Shown: positions 18,506 to 28,600 of the stretch, one piece after another
How positions within the stretch are numbered: position 1 is the stretch's first letter
Layout of the letters: each line of letters begins with the position of its first letter
Virus record (IMG/VR): IMGVR_UViG_3300031993_000006
Location: 1 to 64,000 of that record
Length of the DNA: 64,000 nucleotides
Source of the DNA: a virus
Lineage: Duplodnaviria; Caudoviricetes
Direction: 5' to 3' (one strand)
Notes under the pieces: generated by a model
The model's input: only the letters and a program-made list of their open reading frames with translations
Database searches by the model: none
What the model was told of the DNA's origin: nothing
Position numbers and translations under genes: made by a program

Positions 18506-20372
18506 AGCGGCGATAATGAAACGGATACGGCACGGATGCCGTACCTCCGCAGAATGGACACCTGATGTTGGCTATAGTATGGGAAACCACCTGTGCATCG
18601 CCGATAGCCTGGAAGAACTCGATACGCTCCTCAAGAGGATAGTTCTCGATGAACTCCAGCTTGGCGTTCATATCCTTACAGTCCTCAATCTCGATAACCG
18701 CGGCTGCAGCAAGTTCCACCTTGCGGTGCTTCGGGAGATAGGTATGGGTAATCTCTTCCCACTTCTCCTCGTATTCCCGGATTACCGCATCGTGCTTGCG
18801 ACGGCGGAGATAGACATGGACTTCACGACCGTCATACGCAGTGAACTCAGCATAGCCATTCCGGGAATGCTTCGCGGCCACTTCCATCGGGTCGCTGGCG
18901 AGCTTGAAGTCAAGGTCCATGAATGTAATCGGCTGAATCGTAGACAACGACTGCGCATCGTTGAAACGCTGTTCGCAATGCGGGCACTTGAACTTTACCT
19001 TCGGCAAGCCGTGACCGGCCTGTTTCGGATATGAAGATGCACGCAGCCAGTACATCAGGTATTCCTCGTCAGCGGTAAGAATATCGCCCGGGTCGATTCC
19101 CTTGATACGGCGGGCCAGCACATCGTCGAGGATATCGGAGATTTCATCGTCTTCAGCAAGACCAAGCTGGATTGCATCAACCGTAAGCAATGACTGGCCG
19201 TATATCTTGTTCGGATAGAACACCGAGCGGGAAGGCCACCCGGAAATAAGGCCAAAATCCCCGTATTCCCTATTAGGACGGCTCGGGTCGGCAACCGGCG
19301 GGCGCACAACAGGAGTCTGCCGCACCTGAGGCTGTGCAAACGAAGGCAACTGCGGTTCATCACGGAGCGGAGAGCGCGCGAATGACGGCTGCTCGACGAC
19401 CGGGGGAGGTTCCTGGGTCGGCGGCATAGCGGGAGCCCTCTGTGTGCGGCGCTTTTTCATCCATTCCGCTCGGCGGGCCTGTTCATCAACAGCCCCCCAC
19501 GATTGTTCAGCCGGAGCAAACTGTGGCCGCACTGGAGGAACCTGGGCAGCAGCCTTCGGGGCTACCGGAGGGGCTACATTTGCTCGCTCCTGGAGCATCG
19601 TGTGGTAATTAACCGCATCGAGCCCAAGGCTTTCAAGTGAAGGAGATTGTGGCCGAGATACCGATGCAGTCGATGCCGGGGCAATGTGCTGCATTGCAGC
19701 TTGTTCCATCGCCGACATCAGCTGTTCCTCCGTAGGTCTTTCGGGTGGAGAAGGCAATTCCGGAGAAGGGGTAAACTTAGCTGCCGGTTCCTCCCATTCA
19801 CCGTTGCTATTGAACATCTGTATTGGATTACGATAGGTATCGTTAACGTATTCCGGACGCGCATCGACCGCACCCGGATGCACCGAGTCGTGCTCCGCAA
19901 AGAACTTTTCACGGGAACGCATATGGGACTTCTTGACATTCTCGATAAGTGCCATATCAGCCGCTGTAAAATTCGGCGGGAGCGGGTTTACCGGAGTAAT
20001 CGGAGCCTGTTCCTGCTGGGCAGGAATATTAACCGTAGCCGGTGCATTTACATTGGCGACTTCAGGCATCTGTGCCTGCTTACCCCGTCTCTTGCGACCG
20101 GTAAACGGCTTCTGAGCGCCTGCCATACCCGGTGCACCAGGAACCGGTCCTTGACCGGCGACCAATGCCGCGCGTTTCTGCTGAAGCTCCTTGTTCAACT
20201 CGACCATATCATCATTCAGCTGCGCCTGCTCGCGCATACGGGTCTTCGTCAGTTCCGGGTCAGCGGAAACCATCCCGATAGACTGCGTAACCGCCGCAGT
20301 GCTGAGACCCTTGGCCAGAAGCTCACGGCTTTCGTCGTCAAGCCCGGCACTCAAATTACTCGTCTGGCTCAT
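18489..20372 (-). CDS. gp26-like baseplate hub/tail assembly chaperone with long Pro/Gln-rich N-terminal extension
   Basis: WPSRSVFY...DILTADEEYLMYWLRASSY...CPHC...CPFC. Confidence 0.75.
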   Translation of the reverse strand: MSQTSNLSAGLDDESRELLAKGLSTAAVTQSIGMVSADPELTKTRMREQAQLNDDMVELNKELQQKRAALVAGQGPVPGAPGMAGAQKPFTGRKRRGKQAQMPEVANVNAPATVNIPAQQEQAPITPVNPLPPNFTAADMALIENVKKSHMRSREKFFAEHDSVHPGAVDARPEYVNDTYRNPIQMFNSNGEWEEPAAKFTPSPELPSPPERPTEEQLMSAMEQAAMQHIAPASTASVSRPQSPSLESLGLDAVNYHTMLQERANVAPPVAPKAAAQVPPVRPQFAPAEQSWGAVDEQARRAEWMKKRRTQRAPAMPPTQEPPPVVEQPSFARSPLRDEPQLPSFAQPQVRQTPVVRPPVADPSRPNREYGDFGLISGWPSRSVFYPNKIYGQSLLTVDAIQLGLAEDDEISDILDDVLARRIKGIDPGDILTADEEYLMYWLRASSYPKQAGHGLPKVKFKCPHCEQRFNDAQSLSTIQPITFMDLDFKLASDPMEVAAKHSRNGYAEFTAYDGREVHVYLRRRKHDAVIREYEEKWEEITHTYLPKHRKVELAAAAVIEIEDCKDMNAKLEFIENYPLEERIEFFQAIGDAQVVSHTIANIRCPFCGGTASVPYPFHYRRFVASL

Positions 20373-20652
20373 CTGCCATAACCTCCCCTACCACATAGGT
20401 AAATCTTGGACCGACATAGTGCTGACCGTTAGCCAGCGTTATATCAATCATTTCACCCCGTTTACTCAAATCGGCATTCAACGCCGCGACAATACCTTCA
20501 ACTTCAGCCCTATCGACAAAATACTTTTCCGATGCCAACGGTGCATTTACATCAGGGTTGTCGTAAGAACGGGAATGACCCGGACGCTCCGGGTCACCTT
20601 CGAAACTCAGGTTGTCATACTTGATGACATTGTACTTAAGTTCCCTTCCCAT
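20356..20652 (-). CDS. Hypothetical protein
   Basis: 98-aa ORF in the operon with phage-like codon usage. Confidence 0.65.
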   Translation of the reverse strand: MGRELKYNVIKYDNLSFEGDPERPGHSRSYDNPDVNAPLASEKYFVDRAEVEGIVAALNADLSKRGEMIDITLANGQHYVGPRFTYVVGEVMADEPDE

Positions 20653-20655
20653 AGA

Positions 20656-22041
20656 TTATTCCTTGGCAGTTTCACCTGCACCCGGAACAACGGACAAGCC
20701 TTCCTTAAGCGGGGCGTCAGCCTTCTTGAGCTTTGCCATGCCTTCGTCGAACTTAGTCTTGAGTTCCTTGCTGACGCGCTGGCCGAGCATTGCATGGAAG
20801 AACCCGGCAAGAATCTTCGGGTCGGACACAAGACGGTGTTCAAGAAGAGTACGCTGGGCAATGTAGGCCTCATCCCACTTGGCAACAGAGCGGCGCTGTT
20901 CGACCATTTCCCGAATCTTCTGCACCGGAGACTTCACGCTGAACGCAAAGCCGTTGCCGCATTCGTTACAAAGGTGGATACCCTTATCGAACTGGGCTTC
21001 CGCAATCTGGGCGAACACGACGGAACCGGAAGCAACAGCGATGATTGCATCGGTGTCGGTGTCGGAAATCAAGTAGATATCATTTTCGATATCCATCGGG
21101 GAAGTGAGAATGACGAAATCGAAAGCGGCATCGCGTTCCATAGCCATCGTCTCGGTAACATTCTTGCCGTTGACATACGGGTTTGCCCAGTGATAGATAT
21201 GGCGGACGACCGGAGATTCCTTCTTGCTCGGGGCAATAAGGAGCTTTTCGAGTTTCGGGTCGAGTTCACAAACGGTGGAAATCGTAAAGTCGTAGTCATC
21301 CGTAGAGTGGATGATGAAGTTCTGCACATTCGGCGGAATCACTGTACCCTTCACGAGGATTTTCGGACGGCGGATAACCGTGCTGCTGCCGGAAGACCGG
21401 AGGAATATCTTGTGGACCGGATAGAAGTTGGATACGAAGGAAGGAATCACGACGATTTCCTTGTCTTTTTCAACAAGCTGTGTCTGCTGGATAGCAACCA
21501 TAAGCTCGGTGTTCGGGACGACAATCGTATCTGCATAGCTGAGGCAGTTAGAAACCATCTTGGCATCGATGATTGTACGGTTGCGGCCACCCGGGGCATC
21601 CCAGTAGAATTCGTCGAGCGCATAGACGACGCGGAGAGTCAACGAACGGTATTCATTGGCCTGCTTCATATATTCGTCGTAGGCAGCCTGGTTGCCCTTG
21701 AGGCTTTCGGCTTCCTCGCGCCAACCCGGTTCGAACTTATCGAAAGCTTCGCGCATGGATTCCATGAGCGTGTCGTTGAACGAGCAGCTGATGACATTAT
21801 CAACCCAGACCACATTGAATGCGGAAAGGTCCGGTTTCATCCGGGTAAATGTCTTGCTGTCCATCGTGGTCAGCGTGACATCGGTAATACTGCTGTAGAA
21901 AGTCTTGAACTCCTGCATTGCGTTCAGACCGCGCACACAGGAAAGCCTGGATGTGTTGTCGGACACATAGAGTACATTGAACGAACGCTTCGTTTCAAGA
22001 ATCTGTTTGAGTCTAGCTTCAATTTTTGCTTTGAAATCCAT
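20656..22041 (-). CDS. GT-B (GT4-like) glycosyltransferase-fold protein, degenerate
   Basis: CVRG...VVYALDEFYWDAP...ADTIVVPN.EL...IVVIPSF. The C-domain lacks the usual K..K..E motif. Confidence 0.55.
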   Translation of the reverse strand: MDFKAKIEARLKQILETKRSFNVLYVSDNTSRLSCVRGLNAMQEFKTFYSSITDVTLTTMDSKTFTRMKPDLSAFNVVWVDNVISCSFNDTLMESMREAFDKFEPGWREEAESLKGNQAAYDEYMKQANEYRSLTLRVVYALDEFYWDAPGGRNRTIIDAKMVSNCLSYADTIVVPNTELMVAIQQTQLVEKDKEIVVIPSFVSNFYPVHKIFLRSSGSSTVIRRPKILVKGTVIPPNVQNFIIHSTDDYDFTISTVCELDPKLEKLLIAPSKKESPVVRHIYHWANPYVNGKNVTETMAMERDAAFDFVILTSPMDIENDIYLISDTDTDAIIAVASGSVVFAQIAEAQFDKGIHLCNECGNGFAFSVKSPVQKIREMVEQRRSVAKWDEAYIAQRTLLEHRLVSDPKILAGFFHAMLGQRVSKELKTKFDEGMAKLKKADAPLKEGLSVVPGAGETAKE

Positions 22042-22043
22042 AC

Positions 22044-22078
22044 TTAGTTTCCTTGCTCTTTGCTCAGGAAACTAATGC
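22044..22078 (-). promoter_or_regulatory. TAGTTTCC promoter-like box forming an RBS-sequestering inverted repeat
   Basis: TTAGTTTCCT (22044-22053) and AGGAAACTAA (22066-22075). Confidence 0.6.
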
Positions 22079-22093
22079 TTTTTTGGATTCAAA

Positions 22094-23215
22094 TCATATT
22101 CTGATGCGATAAGTTTTCAAAATTCCCAAAATTTTTTCCTTCGGGTCCTCTTTTGACCAGAATGTAGGGAGTCCTTCGGGGTGCTTGTCCATATACATTT
22201 CCGCAAGAGTAAGGCTGTCGGCGCTCAAAAGACGGCGTGTCTCCTCGTCATCGAGTTCGAGAGCCTTCTTGATACCCACATCATCGCTATACGGAACCGG
22301 CTTCACATAAATCGGGTTCGCCTCGTTGAGCTTCTTGCGGCGGTCACGGGTTTCATCGGCAGAACGGCTGTTCAAGTAGCAGTAGCGGACAAAACAGTTG
22401 GAAAGGTCACCGAGCCCCTCGAGATGCTCGTCATCGACATCGACAAAGCGCGGGCTAGTGGTATTCTCGATAAATTCGACCGAGAGCTTCCCGTTCTCAC
22501 CCTCGTCAACGATGTAATAACCGCAGTCGGTACCGGAGTGGGCAAAGCTCAGCTGATACGGGGTACCCATGTAAAGGATAGAGGAGTTAGGATTCGGGCC
22601 CTTGTTATAGGACCGGCAATGGTAGTGACCGCTGAATACATAGTTGGCCGCATTATAGAGCATTTCAGGCGATAGCCCGTTTTCGGAAAGCTGGCCGGCT
22701 TCCATAAGGCATCCCATGATATCGAAATGGCCGAACAGGACAGTCTTTTCCTTCTGTTCATCGGATTTCTTCGCGAGCTTCTGCAGCCACTGCTCCATCG
22801 CGGGCATCTTGTCCGGGAAAATCCAGGGAACCATATACCAGTCGCGACCGACGAGAGGCACCTTCTCAATTCCCATATGCACCTTCACATTGGACATAAG
22901 CTGGAGAACAGCCATATAGGATATCGATTCCTTGTTCTCATAGAGGAAGTCGTGGTTGCCCGGAATCACATGGACTTCAAAATCCTTGAGGTCTTCAGTG
23001 AACAGCTTGATTGCGTAATTGAGGACTTCATTCGTGATGAAGGAACGGTTGCTGAAAATGTCACCGCTGAGCAATACCGTCTTGATACCACGCGCTTTCC
23101 ATTCAGAAATCATCTGCTGGTGATACTTGCGCATACCCGGCAAAAGAGCCGTACGGATACCGTCACGCTCACACTTAGGACCAAGATGAATGTCTCCCAC
23201 CACTGCAATAGCCAT
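22094..23215 (-). CDS. gp47/Mre11/SbcD-like recombination nuclease
   Basis: GDIHLG, GDIF, GNHD, GHFD and SGHYH motifs; start MAIAVVG at 23215. Confidence 0.92.
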   Translation of the reverse strand: MAIAVVGDIHLGPKCERDGIRTALLPGMRKYHQQMISEWKARGIKTVLLSGDIFSNRSFITNEVLNYAIKLFTEDLKDFEVHVIPGNHDFLYENKESISYMAVLQLMSNVKVHMGIEKVPLVGRDWYMVPWIFPDKMPAMEQWLQKLAKKSDEQKEKTVLFGHFDIMGCLMEAGQLSENGLSPEMLYNAANYVFSGHYHCRSYNKGPNPNSSILYMGTPYQLSFAHSGTDCGYYIVDEGENGKLSVEFIENTTSPRFVDVDDEHLEGLGDLSNCFVRYCYLNSRSADETRDRRKKLNEANPIYVKPVPYSDDVGIKKALELDDEETRRLLSADSLTLAEMYMDKHPEGLPTFWSKEDPKEKILGILKTYRIRI

Positions 23216-23272
23216 AAATTCTACCTCTACAAAAAATGCGGGGAAGATTCCCCGCATTCAAATATAGCAAAA

Positions 23273-24106
23273 TTATGGAGCCGGCAGCTGCGGAGGTTCC
23301 CCAGATTTCACCTGTTTTTGCTGCCGCTCGTCGTACTCGCGCTGAATCTCGGCATGGATATCCGCGTCGAGCTCGGCCACCCACTTTTCGATGGCGGCAT
23401 TCGTATCCCGGGCAGTCATCTCCATAGATTCCTCGTTCGGGTCCAACCCGGGTTCGGTAGGAACACCAATGGCGCCACCCGGAGCACCACCGAATCCACC
23501 CGGCTTTCCGCCGACGCCTCCCGTACGCTGAGAATATATCTCCTCTTCCTTGCGGAGCATCACCAAGGCGTCCTTGACCCCGTTGAGCGTACTGAGAAGA
23601 ACGGCATACTGTCTCTGGAAATTCCCGTAGTCGTCCGGACCCGGATTTACGAGGTTCTCCATCTCCTGCTCTATACTGTCGAGCATCTTCTTGCCACGCT
23701 TGAACAAGTCGATGTACTCGTCACGGAGCATCTTGCGGTCTCGCGCAAGAGTATCCATGTTGAACGCTTCGCCGAGTTCCTCATCAAGACCCGCTTCATC
23801 CATATCCTTAGCAAGCTTCGTCTTCTGGGAGACGCTCTTTGCACGAACACTGAGATTCTTGGCCTCGTCCTTAACCTTCTTGACTTCCTCCTTGGCAAGC
23901 GCAAGTCCCTGCTTGGTAGAACCATTCGGGAGTCCAAGAACCTGTTCGACTCCAGCAAACGGGTTTTCCGGGGTAGCCTTGACCTTAACCGACGGGTCAT
24001 CTAGGGACTCCACCGATTTTACCTTGACCGGGTTATCATTAAAATCGACATCGCCGAACAAGTCATCGGCATCCGTAACATCTTCTGGTATTTCCTCTTC
24101 CTTCAT
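23273..24106 (-). CDS. Putative terminase small subunit (gp16-like)
   Basis: Helical core RDEYIDLFKRGKKMLDSI...P.DY...LLSTL...L.ML resembles the gp16 oligomerisation helices. Confidence 0.45.
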   Translation of the reverse strand: MKEEEIPEDVTDADDLFGDVDFNDNPVKVKSVESLDDPSVKVKATPENPFAGVEQVLGLPNGSTKQGLALAKEEVKKVKDEAKNLSVRAKSVSQKTKLAKDMDEAGLDEELGEAFNMDTLARDRKMLRDEYIDLFKRGKKMLDSIEQEMENLVNPGPDDYGNFQRQYAVLLSTLNGVKDALVMLRKEEEIYSQRTGGVGGKPGGFGGAPGGAIGVPTEPGLDPNEESMEMTARDTNAAIEKWVAELDADIHAEIQREYDERQQKQVKSGEPPQLPAP

Positions 24107-24276
24107 CCGAATAGCACCTTTGCCTTTACACGCGGCGATGGCCCGAATACCGCTTTCTTTCCCCTCGCGAGTTTCCAGGTAGTTTCTTCAGGGCGTTCAG
24201 GCGAAACATCGACCTGACGCTCATCGTCGACTGCCACATCGGCATCGACATCAGTACTTATTTTTGTCTCTGACAC
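24103..24276 (-). CDS. Unannotated 57-aa ORF (MSETKISTDVDADVAVDDER...KVLFG)
   Basis: GTG start overlaps the uvsY end and its TGA overlaps the next ATG, filling the gap exactly. Confidence 0.55.
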   Translation of the reverse strand: MSETKISTDVDADVAVDDERQVDVSPERPEETTWKLARGKKAVFGPSPRVKAKVLFG

Positions 24277-24781
24277 CAACAATTATCTGTCCTATTTCCT
24301 GCCCAAAGTTATGCACACGCACCAAGGCGTCCGCATTCCTCGGATAATACCTAATCAAATCCTGCATACTCTCAAGGAACTTCACGAATTGCTCCTGGCA
24401 TTCGCACCGTTCCTTCAACGCACTCAAATCAGGGTCACCATCGACCATAATCGATTCACCCTGCGCGCTCGGAATCCACTTCAGCTTTGTGTTATGAATC
24501 TTCTCATACGCATTCTTTTTTGCCTGGCGATACTCACTGTTGAGCGCGCTCAGCTTAAGTTGGTTCTTGAACGCGAGCATACCTATATGGATGGCGTTTT
24601 CACCCATATTATAGGTACCCTGATGATAAATCACCTTAGCATTCGGCTTTCCGGACTCATCGCAAGTCTGCAGAGCATTACGAAGCCACGCCCTAAGGCG
24701 CTTCATCTGCATCTCGACCGGCGAGTTCTCGTCGCCAATCATCTCCTGTATTGCATCGGGGTCAAGCGAAAATAATGACAT
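24251..24781 (-). CDS. uvsY: UvsY recombination mediator
   Basis: IMVDGDPDL...VKFLESMQDLI...NADALV pattern. Confidence 0.7.
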   Translation of the reverse strand: MSLFSLDPDAIQEMIGDENSPVEMQMKRLRAWLRNALQTCDESGKPNAKVIYHQGTYNMGENAIHIGMLAFKNQLKLSALNSEYRQAKKNAYEKIHNTKLKWIPSAQGESIMVDGDPDLSALKERCECQEQFVKFLESMQDLIRYYPRNADALVRVHNFGQEIGQIIVGVRDKNKY

Positions 24782-24837
24782 AGGTTCCTCTATTTCTGTG
24801 TAAGGAAACTAGAAATTTTTTATCCGGTGTGCAACAT

Positions 24838-24860
24838 AAAAGGGGGCGGACCGCCCCCTT
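24838..24860 (-). terminator. Intrinsic terminator after tail tube gene
   Basis: AAAAGGGGGCGG-A-CCGCCCCCTT, giving a U-tail on the minus strand. Confidence 0.7.
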
Positions 24861-24884
24861 GGAATAACGGAAGTACCTTCCGCG

Positions 24885-25625
24885 TTAAGCCTGTCCAGCC
24901 TTGATTACCTTGTAGTCCGGGTTGAACCAGATGTTCCACCGGTCATAGGTAAGCGTAAAGTTGAACTTCATAAGCGTTGCATTCTGATAAGTCATCTGAG
25001 TACCAACGCCGACCTTTGACGGCCAGGCATTGATATAACGAATACCCATAATGACATTGCCGTACATCCAATCGTAAAGAACCAGCGTAACATGGGAGTT
25101 ACGGAGAAGAACCGCCGTGGAGTTCAGGTAGTTCTCCTGCTGGCCGAGACCGAGGTACAGCTTGTTGGTGCCATCCTCGATACGGTTGGATTCGCTGTTA
25201 GTGTCGCCGATACCGGTCTTGTTGAGGATACCGGAGTTCAAGCAGCACTGGTTCCAAGCCAGCATCGCTTCATAACCCCTGCCATCTTCAAGAAGCAAAG
25301 CATTGAGAGTGGTATCACCCGCAAGGTTCTGCTGCTGGACCGGATAGCGCTTTTCGTAGCCCATGTACCAAATGCTTTCCCACTTAATTGCGGCATCCGG
25401 AATCTTCGCACCATCAGAAATGTGGATGCTGAATTCCTTTGCCGTTTCTGGGCTGATGCCGAAATCGGTACCGTTAGTCGGCTGAATACCGACCGCCTTG
25501 AAGATTTCATTGCTAACGAGGAGGTGCCAGCGGGTGCTTCGCACCGGGTCCGGCAAAGTGTCCACCATCGAAGCATAGAAAATCTTCTTCTTATCAGAGA
25601 GTTCTACTTCATAAGGTTTAGCCAT
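24885..25625 (-). CDS. Tail tube protein (gp19-like)
   Basis: Follows the sheath gene; DPVRSTRW...NAWPSKVG...FTLTYDRW. Confidence 0.85.
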   Translation of the reverse strand: MAKPYEVELSDKKKIFYASMVDTLPDPVRSTRWHLLVSNEIFKAVGIQPTNGTDFGISPETAKEFSIHISDGAKIPDAAIKWESIWYMGYEKRYPVQQQNLAGDTTLNALLLEDGRGYEAMLAWNQCCLNSGILNKTGIGDTNSESNRIEDGTNKLYLGLGQQENYLNSTAVLLRNSHVTLVLYDWMYGNVIMGIRYINAWPSKVGVGTQMTYQNATLMKFNFTLTYDRWNIWFNPDYKVIKAGQA

Positions 25626-25642
25626 AATTCAGTCCTCCTTTA

Positions 25643-28600
25643 TTAGCGGCTACCCGTGGTGAGGTCCGTGGTAATTGTATTGCCACTGGAGCGGCTCAAG
25701 ACATTCGTCCTCAAGAAGATGTAACGAGTGCTCGTAGTCGGGTAGAGATAGAGGTCGACCATAAGCTTATGGGCCTCAACAACTTCCGGCGGGTTGTTCT
25801 CGTTATCGCACTTGACATAGCTACCCACTTCAAGGCCGGCCGGGCGTTCACCGACGATTGCGTCAATCTTGGCCTGGAGGTCTGTCGTGATGGTGGACCG
25901 GAGTTCAGCCGTGTTAAGCTGGAACACGCGGGCATCGAGGTAGTTGTAGAACGACTTGTGAATCTGGGCGACAAGCATCGTCACGTTGATTGCGTTGAAT
26001 GCCGTGTCTTCCATCTGCATCGTAAAGTCACCGAATGCGTAGATGCCACCCTTCTCGATGCACCGGAACGGGTTCACATGGATATCGCTGAGCTTAGCGA
26101 TATCAGAATTCGGAGATTCCGGGATAAGGAAGGAACGGTCGTACTTCATTTCGGAGCACCAAGCACCCGGAACCTTACCCATAATTTCGCCAGCCGGCAC
26201 ATGCCAGTAGACGGAACCACGGCGGTTAGAGGTAATGAGAGAAGCCATCGCGATGGACGGAGCCAACTCAACCTGGGACTTCGTGATGTAGGTATCATTG
26301 AAAATCGGGCGGTTATCGTAGATAGCACCCCAACGGCCCAAGGTAGAACCAAACTGGCTAGCCGGGGCGTTCAACTTGAGAGCCTGCTTGATACGGGAAT
26401 CGCCAGCGGCATCGAACAAGGCGAAGCAATCCTTGCGGAGTTCGCAGATGTTGAGAATAGCCTGCATCAACTGGGTGTTCAAGGATTCGTAACCCTTGAG
26501 GCCGAAGTTGTTCACATTAGACCCTGCAGCGACAAAGAAGGACACATCGGACTTATCCTTGTCGAGGTAGAGGTTGTATGCGTTGCTGAGCGTACTCGTG
26601 CTCTTATTGTTGTTCGGGTCATATACCCAGACACCGTTGTTGATGATTGCCGGGTCATTCTCGTTGAAGGACGGGCAAGTCATCACGGCGGACGGGATAG
26701 CCTTGTAAGAACCATCGTTCTGGAGTTCACCGACGACCGTGTTAGAGAGGTCGTAGGAATTGTCCTCGCGGAACATTTCGATAACATCGTCCTCGTTGAG
26801 CACGAACTTAACGCCGGAGCCCTCGAGTTCAACCTTAGCGGTATCACCGATGTAGAGCTGACGGTCGTTGTACACATAACGAACGATAGTACCATCGAAC
26901 TCATAGAGTGTGCCGTTATACATATAGGCAACAGAGAGGTAGAGGCGAGCCACAGCTTCACCATCGTCGGTAAGGTCGTAAACCTTGACCGTATCGCCGG
27001 TAAAGTTGATGTCCTCGTACTTCAGGGTAGCAAGGCCGAGGCTCACAAAAGTAGCACCAATGCTCGTATCGGTGAGAACCTTCTCAGTCTGGGCGATGAG
27101 CGCACCCTTCTTCTTGTAGTTGCCATCGTAGTACTTGAACGGAGCAGAAGCGCCGACAAACACATCGTCCTTTTCGACCACAGTCGTAATCGTCTGGATG
27201 GCGCTCGGGACGCTAGTCGTGAAGTTGCCGACGAAGTAGATGTCACCAAAAGACTTAGTATCATCTTCGTGTTCGATAATACCGTCGTAAGTCAAATCCG
27301 ACACTGGACCGATAACCGGAGCAACCGGCTGGTCGCCGTCAAATGAACCCTCAAGTTCAGTAGGCTCGAACGAGGCTACATAGTGCAACGGGAGGCCACC
27401 TTCAACAGCCTTAACAACCTCAGTCACCCGAGCCGTATGGCTAGTGCCATTCCAAGTATACTTCACCGTATCACCGACGGACGCGATAGCCGTACCATCA
27501 CCTTCGAACGATACAGAACCACTTACAAGATACTTCGGCATCTCCGGCGGAATAGCAGAAGGATTTCCTTCGCTAGTCTGCGTAGCGACCAAAGCAGTAT
27601 AGCCTTCGCCAGTCTTTACCGTGCCGGAAACATCGATAACACTTTCATACTTGACTTCATACTTAGAGACAGCAGCGTATGCAACCTTGTTCGTCTGGGT
27701 AAGGTTCAGGAGCTGGAAACCGACATAGGTATCCTGTGTCAATTCAGTAATGCCGCTGATATCGGCAGAAAGTTCAATCGTATCGCTAATCGGGTCAGAA
27801 TTCCTGACCTTCCCAACCCAGTAGATGTTCGTACCGTTGAACTGAGCAGCACCTTCCGGATTCACCTCACCGCTATCATCAACTTCGACACTAGAACGGG
27901 TAATCGCAACGATATCACCCGGAAGGAAATCGATAGCACCACCCGGAACGACCGTAATAGTCACACCGTCGGCATCAAGCTTAATCTTCCCATACTTTTC
28001 AGTGCCAACCGGGTCATTCTTGGCAATATCAGTAACAATAGAGCTGACACCAAATTCCAACAAGTCGGAGCGAACTGCAGCAAGCAAGTCCGTAATCACG
28101 CTTTCGACCGTAGAATCCTTGTCAATGTAAAGGTTAATCGTATTGGTAGAATCAACCCATTCGGCAGACGGAGCTTCAAGTGCAATCGCACTAGGTTCCG
28201 TAGCAAACAGGTTGCCGATGTTAGCTGCGCTAACTGAATCGATTTCAGCAACAGAAATATCAAAAGTCTTAGCTTCGGTATCTTCGCCGGTTACCGTAAA
28301 GACAGCGGAGTAGACACCTTCGGCCGGCCAGTTAAGCTGAATACGGTCACCAACCCAAATTGCATCCGGATTAGCCACCTTGATTTTGGCAGTTGTCGCA
28401 TCGGCCGCCGCGCTCGGGTCACTCGTACGAGTGATTTGAGTAAGTGCTGTAGCCTTCGGAGTAGCCACACGGACGAACACCGTATTGGCATCCTGGTCAT
28501 TGAATACGATTGCAGAGCCTGACGGGAGAAGCTTCAAGGCAGCAAGGCCATCTTCATCCAAGTGCAATGCACTGAAAGTCTTTGCACCTTGACCAGCCAC

